Of a DNA stretch of 64,000 bases, positions 42,469-53,518 are shown one piece after another. This DNA comes from Candidatus Kaiserbacteria bacterium (GTDB lineage: Bacteria; Patescibacteriota; Minisyncoccia; Phycocordibacterales; UBA2100): assembly GCA_027083345.1 (NCBI GenBank), contig JALWOZ010000010.1, forward strand, positions 7,301 to 71,300, in the 5' to 3' direction. Under the pieces are notes generated by a model. That model was not told the DNA's origin, searched no databases, and saw only the letters and a list, made by a program, of their open reading frames with translations. The stretch's first letter is position 1. Each line of letters opens with the position of its first letter. Both the position numbers and the translations under genes were made by a program.

Positions 42469-43047
42469 TTATATATCTAATAACCTCTGGGTAGCACTGG
42501 CTTGTATATCAAATTTAGTAGTGGTCTTTTGCTTCTTAAAACCGGCTTTACCACGCACTATCATAACAACTCTTGGCTGACGTGTATCTCCTTGAGTATC
42601 TGAGGTTTTATAAAATTGTACATAATCTATATCTACCTCTTTTGCCGTCAAAGGTACATTCACAAGCCCAACCCCCTGCACATTATATATCTTATATATC
42701 CTACCAATAGGCTCCTCAGAGCCTGTAGTCGTCTCCTCAAATTTATATCTCCATGTCTCAGTAGGCTTACCAAAAGGAGTAAATGATAACTCATGGTTGT
42801 TGTTAGATACTACGTAATTATTGCCCATCCTTAAGGCACGCACCATGCCATCTAAGGCTATGTTTAAATTATTCATTACAGATTGGATATTCTGAGCTCG
42901 TCTACTTGCATCTATCAATGCTAATAAAGACCCAACACTAACCAACATAACTACAGCAAATAAAGAGACGGCCACCATCATCTCAACTAAGGTAAAACCT
43001 TTTTGATAACATTTTCTATCTAATTGACTATTTTGACTTTTACTCAT
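42469..43047 (-). CDS. type IV pilin / pseudopilin
   Basis: QKG|FTLVEMMVAVSLFAVVMLVSVGSL. Confidence 0.65.
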   Translation of the reverse strand: MSKSQNSQLDRKCYQKGFTLVEMMVAVSLFAVVMLVSVGSLLALIDASRRAQNIQSVMNNLNIALDGMVRALRMGNNYVVSNNNHELSFTPFGKPTETWRYKFEETTTGSEEPIGRIYKIYNVQGVGLVNVPLTAKEVDIDYVQFYKTSDTQGDTRQPRVVMIVRGKAGFKKQKTTTKFDIQASATQRLLDI

Positions 43048-43048
43048 A

Positions 43049-43600
43049 TTATTTCTCTACGGATATCTGCCCAGACACCTCTACCACAACCTTCATTGTA
43101 TCATTCCTAGGAGATTTTAATACAATCTCGGCTCTAGAATAAATTTTATTTTCTGCCCCATTACCTCGTATTATTGCATCTGGCTCAGGCCTCTTAAATA
43201 AAATATCTATCCTATTAACAGGTGTGCAAGACCCACTATTCTCTACCAAACACAAACTACTAACCTCGTATCCTCTGCCTATGTTGTATTTAGTAACTTC
43301 TTCTAATGTATTTGTGAGTAATCCGTCTGGAGTTGAGTCTATAAATATAGAGTACTCTTTAGGAGTACTTAAGTTAAAATATATACCATACCCAGCATCA
43401 AAATTACTGGCGCTATTAGTCTTGCGCACACTAACTCCATAAGTCTGAGCTTCTCTAACTGCTAAGGCCAACTCATATGCAAGGTTACGCAACATAACTT
43501 GTCCTCCAAACTTAGAATGATTCGCCAAAGTTACCCCAGTAATTAAAGCCATTATACCTATGGTTACCACGAGCTCAATTAGTGTAAAGCCACGCCTCAT
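43049..43600 (-). CDS. type IV pilin / pseudopilin
   Basis: MRRG|FTLIELVVTIGIMALITGV, with a short leader. Confidence 0.65.
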   Translation of the reverse strand: MRRGFTLIELVVTIGIMALITGVTLANHSKFGGQVMLRNLAYELALAVREAQTYGVSVRKTNSASNFDAGYGIYFNLSTPKEYSIFIDSTPDGLLTNTLEEVTKYNIGRGYEVSSLCLVENSGSCTPVNRIDILFKRPEPDAIIRGNGAENKIYSRAEIVLKSPRNDTMKVVVEVSGQISVEK

Positions 43601-44400
43601 ATAAATATTATAGCATTTAATATTTCAATAAAACCTACTCCTGTGAAGAACACTACAAGAAAACCCAATATCAAGAAAGGTCCAAAAGCTACCTCGCTCT
43701 TAGCGTTAGCTTTACGCAATAACATTAACACCAGTCCATATATAGCCCCAATAATAAACGCAAACCATAAAGCCGATATACCCATATATATACCTAAAAA
43801 TATACCTATACCCACTGAAAGCTTAACATCACCAAAACCCATGGCCCTCCCTTTAGAGAAGAACCAGAGTGCAAATATAGGCAATGCAGTTGCGACTCCT
43901 CCCAACAAAGACATTAGAAAATCAGCAGGAGTATAACTTGTTATAATAGACGATATTAAAGCAAGACAAGCAAAAGAGTAGGTGTATTTATCTGGCAAAA
44001 TAGTATGCTTAAAATCATATGTAGTCATAATAACCAAAACAGACATGGTCATAAACAATATAATTAAAACAATGCCAGATAACAATAAATCATATGTACC
44101 GAAATGATTATATACAAAAAAGCCAGATAGTGTGAAGAGTATAGCGGTACCAACCTCTACTAATGGATATTGGAGAGATATTTTACTTTTACACTCATTA
44201 CATTTACCTCTTTGTACAATAAAAGAGAGAATGGGTATAAGCTCAAAAAACCTCAAAGACCTCCCACATACCATGCAACCACTCCTACCTGCTAAGCTCT
44301 TACCTGTATTGTGCCGTAAGATAACTACATTTAAAAAACTACCTACAATAGTCCCAAGTATAAATAAAAATATTAAAAATAACCCTATAGATATATCCAT
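43597..44400 (-). CDS. pilD: prepilin peptidase (A24 family, PilD/TadV-like)
   Basis: Tetracysteine motif CMVCGRSL...CNECKSK in the first cytoplasmic loop. Catalytic region GFGDVKL. 8 TMs. Overlaps the first pilin gene by 4 nt. Confidence 0.8.
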   Translation of the reverse strand: MDISIGLFLIFLFILGTIVGSFLNVVILRHNTGKSLAGRSGCMVCGRSLRFFELIPILSFIVQRGKCNECKSKISLQYPLVEVGTAILFTLSGFFVYNHFGTYDLLLSGIVLIILFMTMSVLVIMTTYDFKHTILPDKYTYSFACLALISSIITSYTPADFLMSLLGGVATALPIFALWFFSKGRAMGFGDVKLSVGIGIFLGIYMGISALWFAFIIGAIYGLVLMLLRKANAKSEVAFGPFLILGFLVVFFTGVGFIEILNAIIFI

Positions 44401-44438
44401 AGGGTTATTTTAACATACAATTGTGTAGATTACTTATC

Positions 44439-47400
44439 TTATCCTTTTGATTCTACCTCTGGGAGATCCGCTATTAACTCACTCTTTTTAGATCCCTTAA
44501 ATCCTGTACCGGCAGGTATCAAACGTCCTAAGATAACATTCTCTTTAAGTCCTACAAGCTTGTCTACAGCCCCTCTTACTGCATCCTCAGTAAGCTTACG
44601 TGTAGTATGCTGAAATGACGCACTAGACAACCAACTATCTCTGGTTAATGCAACCTCTGTAATACCTAATACAACCTTCTCTCCAGTAGCTGGTATCCCT
44701 CCCTTGTTCTCTGTTAACTCGTTCTCCTTATTCAATACACTTACCTCTACAATCTGGCCTGTAGTGAACCTTGTATCTCCAGGATCTACAACCTTACGTC
44801 TACTAAACATCTGCTTAACTATTATCTCCAAGTGCTTACGAGACACTGCTATACCTTGCAAGTCATAAATCTTAAGAATCTCAGTAATAATATACTCACG
44901 AGCCTTCTCCTCTCCCGCATAAGTATAATACTCATCAATACTTGCAGAACCATCTGTCATTAAATCTCCCTTCTTAACAACATTGCCAGGCTTAACCATA
45001 ATCATACGAGCAGGTGGCACCTTGTATAGTGTCTCCCTTTTTAGCATCTTTTTGCCTCCAGTCTCAGGCAAAAGTGTTATCGTTCTCTGACCCTTATCGT
45101 CTTCTAAAATCTCTCCTACTGTTCCATTTATCCTGGCTATAACAGCAGGACTCTTAGGATTACGGCGATCTATAACCTCTTCAACACGAGGTAAACCTTG
45201 TGTAATATCTCCTCCAATACTTGCTCCTGTCGCGTGCTTAGTGTTCATAGTTAGCTGTGTAGATGGCTCTCCAAGACTCTGAGCTGCTATAGTCCCAACG
45301 GCTTCTCCCACCTCTATTTGCTGACTGGTGGTAAGGTCGCTACCATAACACTTTGCACACACACCACGACTGGTATTACACATCATTGGTGAGTATACCT
45401 TTACCTCTTCTATGCCGGCATCCTCTATATCTTGAGCGTCAAACCCTGTTAGCAGGTGTCCCTTTTTAAACTTTTTACCATTAGCCTCAACGGTCTCTGC
45501 TAATACACGACCCTTGATGTTTTTAGCTATAGATACCTCTATACCCAGAGAATTAATTTTAGATACTGTCATAGACTCTTGAGTACCACAATCCTCCTCT
45601 ACTACTATAACATCTTGAGATACATCAAATAAACGCCTTGTAAGATAACCGGCAGACGCAGTCTTAAGCGCAGTATCAGCCAATCCCTTACGAGAGCCGT
45701 GAGTTGTAATAAAGTACTCTATAGGAGTGAGACCCTCTTTATAAGAGGTTGTAATAGGAAACTCGATAATATCTCCCTTAGGGTTTTGGATTAAGCCCTT
45801 CATACCTCCCATATTAGTTAACTGAGCGATAGAGCCACGCGCCCCGGAACGGATCAGGTTATTAACAGAGCTATCTCCGTCGCTATGAGCCGTATCTACA
45901 ACCTTCTCTACCTCATTCTTAATACCTTGCCAAACCTCTATAGTCATTCTACGTCTCTCAGCCTCACTCAAAAGTCCATCATCAAATTGCTCTTTTAATT
46001 GCGCTACCTGCTCTTTACCTTTTTTAATTATCTCTTTTTTACTATCCGGCACAGTAACATCCGTCATACCCCAAGTAACTCCCGAATGAGTAGCATATTT
46101 AAACCCAAAGTGCTTTATACGATCTAAAATATGTGGTATACCGTCTAAACCATAAATCTCTATAAGCTCGTCTACCAACGGCTTCATATCCCTTTTAGTT
46201 ATAACATCATTTATATACCTAAAGTCATTAGGTAAAACAGAGTTAAAGAGCAAACGGCCAACAGATGTCTCAAATAGATCACCATTAAACTCAGCATACT
46301 TCTCATTCCCGCTAGGTAATACCTTAATCTTTGCCCTGAGGTCAACAACCCCAAAGTCATAGGCAGTTATAGCTGCATTAGTACTCTCAAACACTTTACC
46401 CTCGCCTTTGGCTCCATCTATAATATTAGTCATCCAATATACCCCTAATACAATATCCATAGAAGGTCCAGTGGTTACCTCCCCACTACCAGGCTTTAAT
46501 ATGTTTTTATTTGCACTCATTATCTCTTTAGCTTCTGTCTGAGCCTCTAAACTAAGTGGCACATGCACCGCCATTTGGTCTCCGTCAAAGTCAGCATTAA
46601 ATGCACTACACACAAGAGGATGCACCTGCACAGCCTTACCCTCTATCAATACTGGCCTAAAGGCTTGCAAAGATTGTCTATGCAAAGTAGGTGCCCTATT
46701 AAGTAAGACGTGTTTATCTTTAATAACATCTTCTAATATAGCCCAGACCTCAGGGATGCCTTCATCTATCAATTTATTTGCTCCACGAATGTTAAAGGCA
46801 ATCTCTTGCTCTAACAACCCTGCAATCACAAATGGGCGAAATAACTCCAAAGCCATAGCTTTAGGTAATCCACATTGATCTAGCTCCAAATCCGGACCTA
46901 TAACAATAACACTACGCCCTGAATAATCTACTCGCTTACCCAATAAATTCTGCCGGAAGTATCCTTGTTTGCCCTTCATGTGGTCTGCCAAAGACTTTAA
47001 AGGTCTACTTTGACCAGAGCCCATAGCCGGACCGCTACCTCTCCTTATAGAGTTATCCAAGAGTGCGTCAACTGCTTCCTGTAAGATCCTCTTCTCATTT
47101 CTCAAGATTACATCTGGAGCATGTATTGCTATTAACTTCTTCAACCTATTATTACGATTAATTACACGCCTATAGAGATCGTTTAAGTCTGAACTTGCAT
47201 GCCTACCACCCTCTAAAGCAACCATGGGCCTAAGAGCAGGTGGGATAACGGGCAACTTTGTAACAAACATCCACTCCGGCCTTACACTGCCGTGCTTCAT
47301 ATTGGTTATTAGTGTTAATCTTTTACGCAACTTTTCTCTGTCAGTAGCGTTAGCCTTCTCTAGCTTCTCCTCTATTATCTGCTCGAATTTATCTAAGTCC

Positions 47401-48080
47401 AAATTGACAAATATCTCATAAATAGCCTCTGCTCCTATCTTGGCCTCAAATGCAGAACCATACTTAACGGCGTAACGATGATACTCAGACTCTTCTAGAA
47501 CTTTATTAAGTACTATGCTTGCAATCTCTTTTTTAGCTTCATTAGCTTTCTTTTTTAATTCTTTTTTATCGTCCTCGCTCTTAAGAGTACTCATTTTATT
47601 CTTAAACTCTGTATCCAACTCCTTAAGTAGACGCTCCTTCTCCTCTTCGTGTACCTTAGTTATTATATACCCTGCAAAATAGATAACCTTCTCCACATCT
47701 GTAGTTGGCAACCCCAGCAAGAGAGCTATACGAGAAGGTATACCTCTTAAAAACCATATATGACTAACGGGTACAGCAAGGTCTATATGCCCCATACGTT
47801 CACGACGTACTACAGCGCGAGTTATCTCTACCCCACACTTCTCACACACAATACCCTTGAAGCGTATACCCTTATACTTGCCACAATAACACTCAAAATC
47901 CTTCTCTGGGCCAAAAATCTTCTCGTCAAAGAGACCATTTTTCTCTGGTCTTTGAGTACGATAATTTATAGTCTCAGGCTTGGTAACCTCACCACGACTC
48001 CAATCTAATACCCTCTCCGGAGAGGCCAATCTTAATACTACCTCATCAAAATCTTTTCTATTCTTTTTATTTCTTAACAT
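44439..48080 (-). CDS. rpoC: DNA-directed RNA polymerase subunit beta'
   Basis: Zn-binding CYCGKYKGIRFKGIVCEKCGVE, NADFDGD catalytic loop. 1213 aa (short form). Confidence 0.95.
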   Translation of the reverse strand: MLRNKKNRKDFDEVVLRLASPERVLDWSRGEVTKPETINYRTQRPEKNGLFDEKIFGPEKDFECYCGKYKGIRFKGIVCEKCGVEITRAVVRRERMGHIDLAVPVSHIWFLRGIPSRIALLLGLPTTDVEKVIYFAGYIITKVHEEEKERLLKELDTEFKNKMSTLKSEDDKKELKKKANEAKKEIASIVLNKVLEESEYHRYAVKYGSAFEAKIGAEAIYEIFVNLDLDKFEQIIEEKLEKANATDREKLRKRLTLITNMKHGSVRPEWMFVTKLPVIPPALRPMVALEGGRHASSDLNDLYRRVINRNNRLKKLIAIHAPDVILRNEKRILQEAVDALLDNSIRRGSGPAMGSGQSRPLKSLADHMKGKQGYFRQNLLGKRVDYSGRSVIVIGPDLELDQCGLPKAMALELFRPFVIAGLLEQEIAFNIRGANKLIDEGIPEVWAILEDVIKDKHVLLNRAPTLHRQSLQAFRPVLIEGKAVQVHPLVCSAFNADFDGDQMAVHVPLSLEAQTEAKEIMSANKNILKPGSGEVTTGPSMDIVLGVYWMTNIIDGAKGEGKVFESTNAAITAYDFGVVDLRAKIKVLPSGNEKYAEFNGDLFETSVGRLLFNSVLPNDFRYINDVITKRDMKPLVDELIEIYGLDGIPHILDRIKHFGFKYATHSGVTWGMTDVTVPDSKKEIIKKGKEQVAQLKEQFDDGLLSEAERRRMTIEVWQGIKNEVEKVVDTAHSDGDSSVNNLIRSGARGSIAQLTNMGGMKGLIQNPKGDIIEFPITTSYKEGLTPIEYFITTHGSRKGLADTALKTASAGYLTRRLFDVSQDVIVVEEDCGTQESMTVSKINSLGIEVSIAKNIKGRVLAETVEANGKKFKKGHLLTGFDAQDIEDAGIEEVKVYSPMMCNTSRGVCAKCYGSDLTTSQQIEVGEAVGTIAAQSLGEPSTQLTMNTKHATGASIGGDITQGLPRVEEVIDRRNPKSPAVIARINGTVGEILEDDKGQRTITLLPETGGKKMLKRETLYKVPPARMIMVKPGNVVKKGDLMTDGSASIDEYYTYAGEEKAREYIITEILKIYDLQGIAVSRKHLEIIVKQMFSRRKVVDPGDTRFTTGQIVEVSVLNKENELTENKGGIPATGEKVVLGITEVALTRDSWLSSASFQHTTRKLTEDAVRGAVDKLVGLKENVILGRLIPAGTGFKGSKKSELIADLPEVESKG

Positions 48081-48102
48081 AATATTTTATCTTAGATATT
48101 TC

Positions 48103-51100
48103 TTAAAGGTTATCTACTGATTCTGTAGTTGTAATTTCATCTTTATCAGACTCCTGCTCTATCTCTTTAATGTCTTCATCACTGGGTTCTAGCTCCACCT
48201 CTTGAACAGGTTTAGGGACATCCTCTACTATACTCTCTTGGTACTCAGTAGCGTCTTGACTATCTCTTAAAGACACATCGAGAGCTAATCCTCTTAAATG
48301 TCTCTGTAATACATTAAATGTCGCGGGTATATTACTCTGAATTATTCTCTCTTTCTTTATAATGGCATCAAAGGCTGCGGTGCGGCCCATTATGTCATCA
48401 GACTTAATTGTTAGCACCTCTCTTAATGCGTACGCAGCACCATAACCTAAGAACGCCCAGACTTCCATCTCTCCGATTCTCTGGCCTCCATTTTGAGCCT
48501 TACCTCCAAGAGGTTGTTGTGTTGTAAGAGAATAAGGGCCAATTGATCGCATATGGAGCTTATCCTCAACCATATGGTGGAGCTTTAATATATACATAAC
48601 TCCCATAGCAACATCTTGATCAAACTTCTCTCCCGTACGACCATCATATAGAGCTACCTTACCTGTCTCATTATATCCAGCCTTTTTAAGCTCTTCTTTA
48701 ATCTCATCTTCAGTTGCCCCAGCAAAAGGTGGTACAACAGCTTGATAACCTAAAGTATCTGCTGCAAGACCGAGATGCAACTCTAAAATCTGTCCTAAGT
48801 TCATTCGGCTTGGTACTCCAAGAGGTGTCAAAATAATATCAATAGGCTCTCCATCCTTTGTGTAAGGCATATCCTCCTCCGGTAAGACTTTTGAGATCAC
48901 TCCTTTGTTTCCATGTCGCCCGGCTAATTTATCTCCAACAGAGATGTTGCGCAATTGAGCTACCTCTACTTGTATCTTTTTTATAACACCAGAGCCAATA
49001 TTGTCTCCATTCTCCCTAGAGAATATCTGCACACCCACAACACGACCTCGTTTACCAGCAGACATCCTCTTACTTGTATCTTTTACATCTTTAGCTTTGT
49101 CCCCAAATATAGAGCGCAACAATCTCTCCTCTGCTGTAAGCTGTGTCTCACCTTTAGGAGTAACCTTGCCCACCAATATGTCTCCGGGTCTAACCTCAGC
49201 CCCAATACGAATAATACCCTCCTCATCTAGATTACGGAGCTTCATCTCGCTAACGTTTGGTATATCATGAGTAGTAACCTCAGGACCAAGCTTAGTATCC
49301 CTAACCACGCACTCAAACTGCTCTATATGTACTGAGGTAAACTTGCTCTGCTTTACCAATCTCTCAGAAATTATTATAGCGTCCTCATAGTTAGCTCCAG
49401 CCCAACTCATAAATGCCACTCGCGCATTTTGCCCAACTGATATTTGCCCACCATCAGTAGAAGAGGTATCGGCTAGTAAATCCCCTCTTTTAACTTTATC
49501 ACCGACTTTAACAGTAGCCCTATGGTGAAAGTTAGAGAAATCATTAGTACGACTAAATGTTATTAACTCATACTCGTCCTTCTTGCCTTTAGTATTCTTG
49601 ATTACTATCTTATTAGCATCTACAAAGTCTACCACCCCTGCCTCTTTTGCTATTATCACCCTACCCGAATCTCTGGCTGCTACCTTCTCTATACCGGTTG
49701 CCACAACTGGGGCCTCAGGTATTATACAAGGCGTAGCTTGCTTCTGCATATTTGAACCCATAAGTGCCCTGTTGGCATCATCATGATCTACAAACGGTAT
49801 CATCGTGGTAGCCACAGAGAATGCCTGATTAGTAGCAACCTCTATATAGTCCACCTCTTTAGAGGGTACTAACATAGGGTCTGACTTATACCTAACCTCC
49901 ACCACTGAGTCAACGAGTTTACCTGAGGAGTCTCTTGCAGTAGCTCCATGTGCTATTTTAAACTTCTCTTCGTCTAAAGCATTTAGATACTCTATCTCTT
50001 TTGTTATCTTACCATTCTTAACCTTAGCATATGGCGTCTCAATAATACCAAAGTTATTTATCCTAGCATAAGTAGCCAAACGCAAAATAAGACCGATATT
50101 CCCTCCCTCAGGAGTATGTATCGGACAAAGTCTACCATAATGGCTGGTATGAACATCTCTCACCTCAAAACCGGCTCTTTCTCGTGTGAGACCGCCAGGA
50201 CCCAATGCAGAGAGCGTACGCAAGTTCTCTAGCTCTGCCAGTACATTTTGCTGGTCCATAAATTGAGCTAGAGAGTTAGCTACAAAAAAGTCTTTAATAG
50301 CAGCGGAGAAAGGTCGAGGGTTTAAAAATTGTACGGGTAAGCTTGTCTCCACATCTACCGTAGACATCCTATCTTGTACATTTCTTTTTAGTCTACTCAT
50401 ACCCACACGCACTTGCCTTTGCATCATCTCTCCTACATATCGCACACGGCGCATACCCAAGTGGTCTATGTCGTCTGACTCAGCATCTTTAGTATCATTT
50501 AATTCTACAATCTTTTGTATTATCAAAGATATATCATTTAAATCTAATACTTGCTTTTTAATAGATTTATCATCAGTCTTTAATCCAAATCTGTCGTTAA
50601 ATCTATAACGACCAACCTCAGATAAATCGTACCTCTCTGAGCTAAATAGCCCGTCTATAAACTCTTTGGCATTCTCTGGAGTAGCTAAATCACCATCTCT
50701 TACATGTTTATATATATCAACAAATGCATCTTTAGCTGTTTTAGTTGTGTCTAAAGATAATGTCTTCTCTATAACCTCTTGTACAGACTTATCTGACTTC
50801 TCAAATAATTTTGTTATATCTGCATTAGTCTCAGCTCCAAAAACTCTTAAGAGTGTTGTTACGGGGAACTTGCGTTTACGGTCTATCTTAACATATATAG
50901 CCCCATCGGGTTCACTCTCTATCTCCAACCAAGCTCCCCTACTCGGTATTATTTTAGCTCCAAAATATTCGTTACCCTTTATTACTTGAGTTAAGAAAAA
51001 CACTCCATAAGAGCGAGCCAACTGAGGGATAACTACTCTCTCAACACCATTTATAACAAAAGTACCGTGATTAGTCATTAAAGGGAAGTCGGTTAAGAAT

Positions 51101-51444
51101 ATCTCTTGACTCTTTTGCTCTCCTGTAGTCTTGTTTATCAATTTGGCAGTAACCTTTAGAGGTGCTTCGTAAGACATCTTACGCTTTTTAGCATAATACT
51201 CATCGATTTTAGGTTTACCAAATACAAACTTAGATAACTCGAGAGAGAATTTCTTACCAGAGTAATCATTTATAGGAGAAAACTCTTTAAACACCTCATA
51301 CACACCTTCTTTTAATAACCACTCATATGAGTGCAATTGTTCTTCCACCAAATTCGGTATCTCCGTAAGAGGCTCTTGATAACGCCCAAAAAACTTTTGC
51401 TCTCTCTCACCATAAGAGACTGCGACATCTTTAGATTTTGCCAT
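48103..51444 (-). CDS. rpoB: DNA-directed RNA polymerase subunit beta
   Basis: Start taken at MAKSKDV. Conserved beta-subunit blocks throughout (GRHGNKGV, rif region). Confidence 0.95.
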   Translation of the reverse strand: MAKSKDVAVSYGEREQKFFGRYQEPLTEIPNLVEEQLHSYEWLLKEGVYEVFKEFSPINDYSGKKFSLELSKFVFGKPKIDEYYAKKRKMSYEAPLKVTAKLINKTTGEQKSQEIFLTDFPLMTNHGTFVINGVERVVIPQLARSYGVFFLTQVIKGNEYFGAKIIPSRGAWLEIESEPDGAIYVKIDRKRKFPVTTLLRVFGAETNADITKLFEKSDKSVQEVIEKTLSLDTTKTAKDAFVDIYKHVRDGDLATPENAKEFIDGLFSSERYDLSEVGRYRFNDRFGLKTDDKSIKKQVLDLNDISLIIQKIVELNDTKDAESDDIDHLGMRRVRYVGEMMQRQVRVGMSRLKRNVQDRMSTVDVETSLPVQFLNPRPFSAAIKDFFVANSLAQFMDQQNVLAELENLRTLSALGPGGLTRERAGFEVRDVHTSHYGRLCPIHTPEGGNIGLILRLATYARINNFGIIETPYAKVKNGKITKEIEYLNALDEEKFKIAHGATARDSSGKLVDSVVEVRYKSDPMLVPSKEVDYIEVATNQAFSVATTMIPFVDHDDANRALMGSNMQKQATPCIIPEAPVVATGIEKVAARDSGRVIIAKEAGVVDFVDANKIVIKNTKGKKDEYELITFSRTNDFSNFHHRATVKVGDKVKRGDLLADTSSTDGGQISVGQNARVAFMSWAGANYEDAIIISERLVKQSKFTSVHIEQFECVVRDTKLGPEVTTHDIPNVSEMKLRNLDEEGIIRIGAEVRPGDILVGKVTPKGETQLTAEERLLRSIFGDKAKDVKDTSKRMSAGKRGRVVGVQIFSRENGDNIGSGVIKKIQVEVAQLRNISVGDKLAGRHGNKGVISKVLPEEDMPYTKDGEPIDIILTPLGVPSRMNLGQILELHLGLAADTLGYQAVVPPFAGATEDEIKEELKKAGYNETGKVALYDGRTGEKFDQDVAMGVMYILKLHHMVEDKLHMRSIGPYSLTTQQPLGGKAQNGGQRIGEMEVWAFLGYGAAYALREVLTIKSDDIMGRTAAFDAIIKKERIIQSNIPATFNVLQRHLRGLALDVSLRDSQDATEYQESIVEDVPKPVQEVELEPSDEDIKEIEQESDKDEITTTESVDNL

Positions 51445-51597
51445 TATTGTATAGTTATTTACGAATAATTCTAATAAAATTTGCACTTAATTATTGCTCC
51501 CTTAACACAATCATTCGCAAATGCAATCACACAAATATACACCAAGATAACCCATTGTCAAGCGCTATATCAACACTTAATAACTTGATAATTAAGA

Positions 51598-52755
51598 TCA
51601 AAATGCACGAGGAGCAAATGGATTACTAGGAGCCTCATCTGTATTATCTACATTGTTAAAATTAGATATATCATCTAATTGCTTAACAACTTCCATAATA
51701 TCGTCAGTGGCGGAAGAGGGAGGCTCTATATCGTAACTAGGCTGAGCAAATGGATTTGTAATCTCTTCATTTTTGCTCTCTGTATTTGTAGTTGGATTAG
51801 ATGAATTAAATGTATTATTAAATCTCTCTACTGCATCATCTTCTATAGCTATATTTGTGTCATTAGTCTCACTCTCTTGTAGTGGCTCAGCTAGAGGAGC
51901 AACCTGTAATTGCTCTTGAGAGGCTTTATCTTTAGCTAACATGTCTAACAATCTTTTAAGATCCTCTGGGGAGAAGTAGTCGATATGTACTTTACCTCCA
52001 TTTTTAGATCGTTGTTCTATCTGTACTCTTGTACCTAAGGTCTCTGTTAATTCCTTTTCCAAACCTATAAGCTCTGGAGAGAGGTCTTGTTTGCGAGCCT
52101 TGTCTGTAGCAATCCTTCTGGCAATGCGCTCACTCTCACGTACTGTGAGCTTTTTAGTAGTAATCTCTTTGAAGAGGGTATCTCTCTCTGCCGGCCTCTC
52201 TCCTAACATCAATAAGGGCCGAGCATGCCCCTCACTTATATTACCAGCTACCAATGCTGATTGTATGTTCTCCGGTAGGCCAAGTAGGCGCAAAGTGTTA
52301 GAAACATACTCACGACTCTTGCCCACCTTCTTTGCAATCTCAATGTGTTTTAAATTAAACTCATCTACAAGTTGTTTAAATGCCAAAGCTCTATCTATAG
52401 CATTTAGATCTTCTCTTTGAAGGTTTTCTATTATGGCTAACTCTAGCTTCATTTTGCTAGTCTCCTCTTGGGCTCGTATTATCACTGGCACCTGAGGTAT
52501 ACCGGCCATCTTACTAGCTCTGAGTCTACGCTCTCCGGAGATAAGCTCATACTCTACTGTTATACCCCCATCATCACGCTCAGTTTCTTTACGAGTTACT
52601 ACCAATGGTTGTAGTACCCCATATTGCCTTATAGAGCCCGCCAGCTCCGCTATCTTATCATCATTAAACTCTTTACGAGGTTGATATGGATTAGGGCTTA
52701 TCCTATCTACCTCAACCCAAAATATACTATTATTATAAAATTCACTCATTGCCAC
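51598..52755 (-). CDS. parB: ParB/Spo0J family partition protein with long low-complexity C-terminal tail
   Basis: ParB box GERRLRAS. N-terminal VDRISPNPYQPRK. HTH region. The last 120 aa or so are disordered and acidic. Confidence 0.75.
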   Translation of the reverse strand: MAMSEFYNNSIFWVEVDRISPNPYQPRKEFNDDKIAELAGSIRQYGVLQPLVVTRKETERDDGGITVEYELISGERRLRASKMAGIPQVPVIIRAQEETSKMKLELAIIENLQREDLNAIDRALAFKQLVDEFNLKHIEIAKKVGKSREYVSNTLRLLGLPENIQSALVAGNISEGHARPLLMLGERPAERDTLFKEITTKKLTVRESERIARRIATDKARKQDLSPELIGLEKELTETLGTRVQIEQRSKNGGKVHIDYFSPEDLKRLLDMLAKDKASQEQLQVAPLAEPLQESETNDTNIAIEDDAVERFNNTFNSSNPTTNTESKNEEITNPFAQPSYDIEPPSSATDDIMEVVKQLDDISNFNNVDNTDEAPSNPFAPRAF

Positions 52756-52790
52756 TTATTCTACCACAGACTCGAATTGCTAAATATTTA

Positions 52791-53066
52791 TCACTGTGCA
52801 TAACAGGTGCTTATTATAGAGTTGACTTTATACTCATAAGCATCAAGTTTATTATCTGCCCTAGCTAAAGCCAAGCCTCTAAGTAACAGTAACCCCTCCT
52901 CATAAGACGAATATTGTTTTGCCCTATTTATATGACCCAATGTTTTATATGCTCTTGTGAGAGAGCTTTTATACCTTGTTTCATTATTGTCCTTAGATGC
53001 TCTTATGCACCTAGCTACATCTGCTCCGAGATTAGCAAAATAAAACTTTGTACTTTTATTTTCCAT
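52791..53066 (-). CDS. hypothetical protein (91 aa)
   Basis: ORF only; no motif recognised. Confidence 0.25.
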   Translation of the reverse strand: MENKSTKFYFANLGADVARCIRASKDNNETRYKSSLTRAYKTLGHINRAKQYSSYEEGLLLLRGLALARADNKLDAYEYKVNSIISTCYAQ

Positions 53067-53082
53067 TTTTATTATTAAAAAC

Positions 53083-53454
53083 TTATAACTCTAAATACGG
53101 CACAACTTTCTGTATTATATTTTTCATTTTGGCTCTTATATCAGCATCTTCAACTTCCATACTCCTATTGCCTTGTGCTGGTCGTATGTTTATTAACGAT
53201 ATATATTCCAATGCATCCTCTCCCTTTTCATCTTGGTAAATATTAAATCCCCAAATATTAGGTTGTTGTGAGCCATGTGCTATAAGTACATTATTGGCAT
53301 CCATATGCCACTCTCCTCCTAATGCAATAAGACCTGTATCTATATCGACAACTCCTTTCACAAGTATCTTATGCCACTTATCTGCCAAATCATTAAGTGT
53401 ATCTGCACTGACAACATCTCGCACAATTATTATGTCTTTAGTTGTTGCTGTCAT
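53083..53454 (-). CDS. conserved hypothetical protein (123 aa)
   Basis: ORF with a pattern VKGVVDIDTGLIALGGEWHMD...NIWGFNIY that resembles a small conserved DUF family. No function recognised. Confidence 0.3.
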   Translation of the reverse strand: MTATTKDIIIVRDVVSADTLNDLADKWHKILVKGVVDIDTGLIALGGEWHMDANNVLIAHGSQQPNIWGFNIYQDEKGEDALEYISLINIRPAQGNRSMEVEDADIRAKMKNIIQKVVPYLEL

Positions 53455-53518
53455 GCTTAATATAATAGCACAAAGTTAGAAACTATGTATAATTGTAAAC
53501 GCATTTAAATAATATAAT

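Noticed and set aside
48955-51000. Plus-strand ORFs inside rpoB
   Set aside because: They are antisense to the conserved RNA polymerase beta subunit.
52791-53066. Possible 'four-helix-bundle' (bAvd-like) or HEPN identity for the 91-aa protein
   Set aside because: The sequence does not match the characteristic four-helix-bundle consensus I recall (E.RFGL..QLRRAA.SI..NIAEG). It is left as hypothetical.
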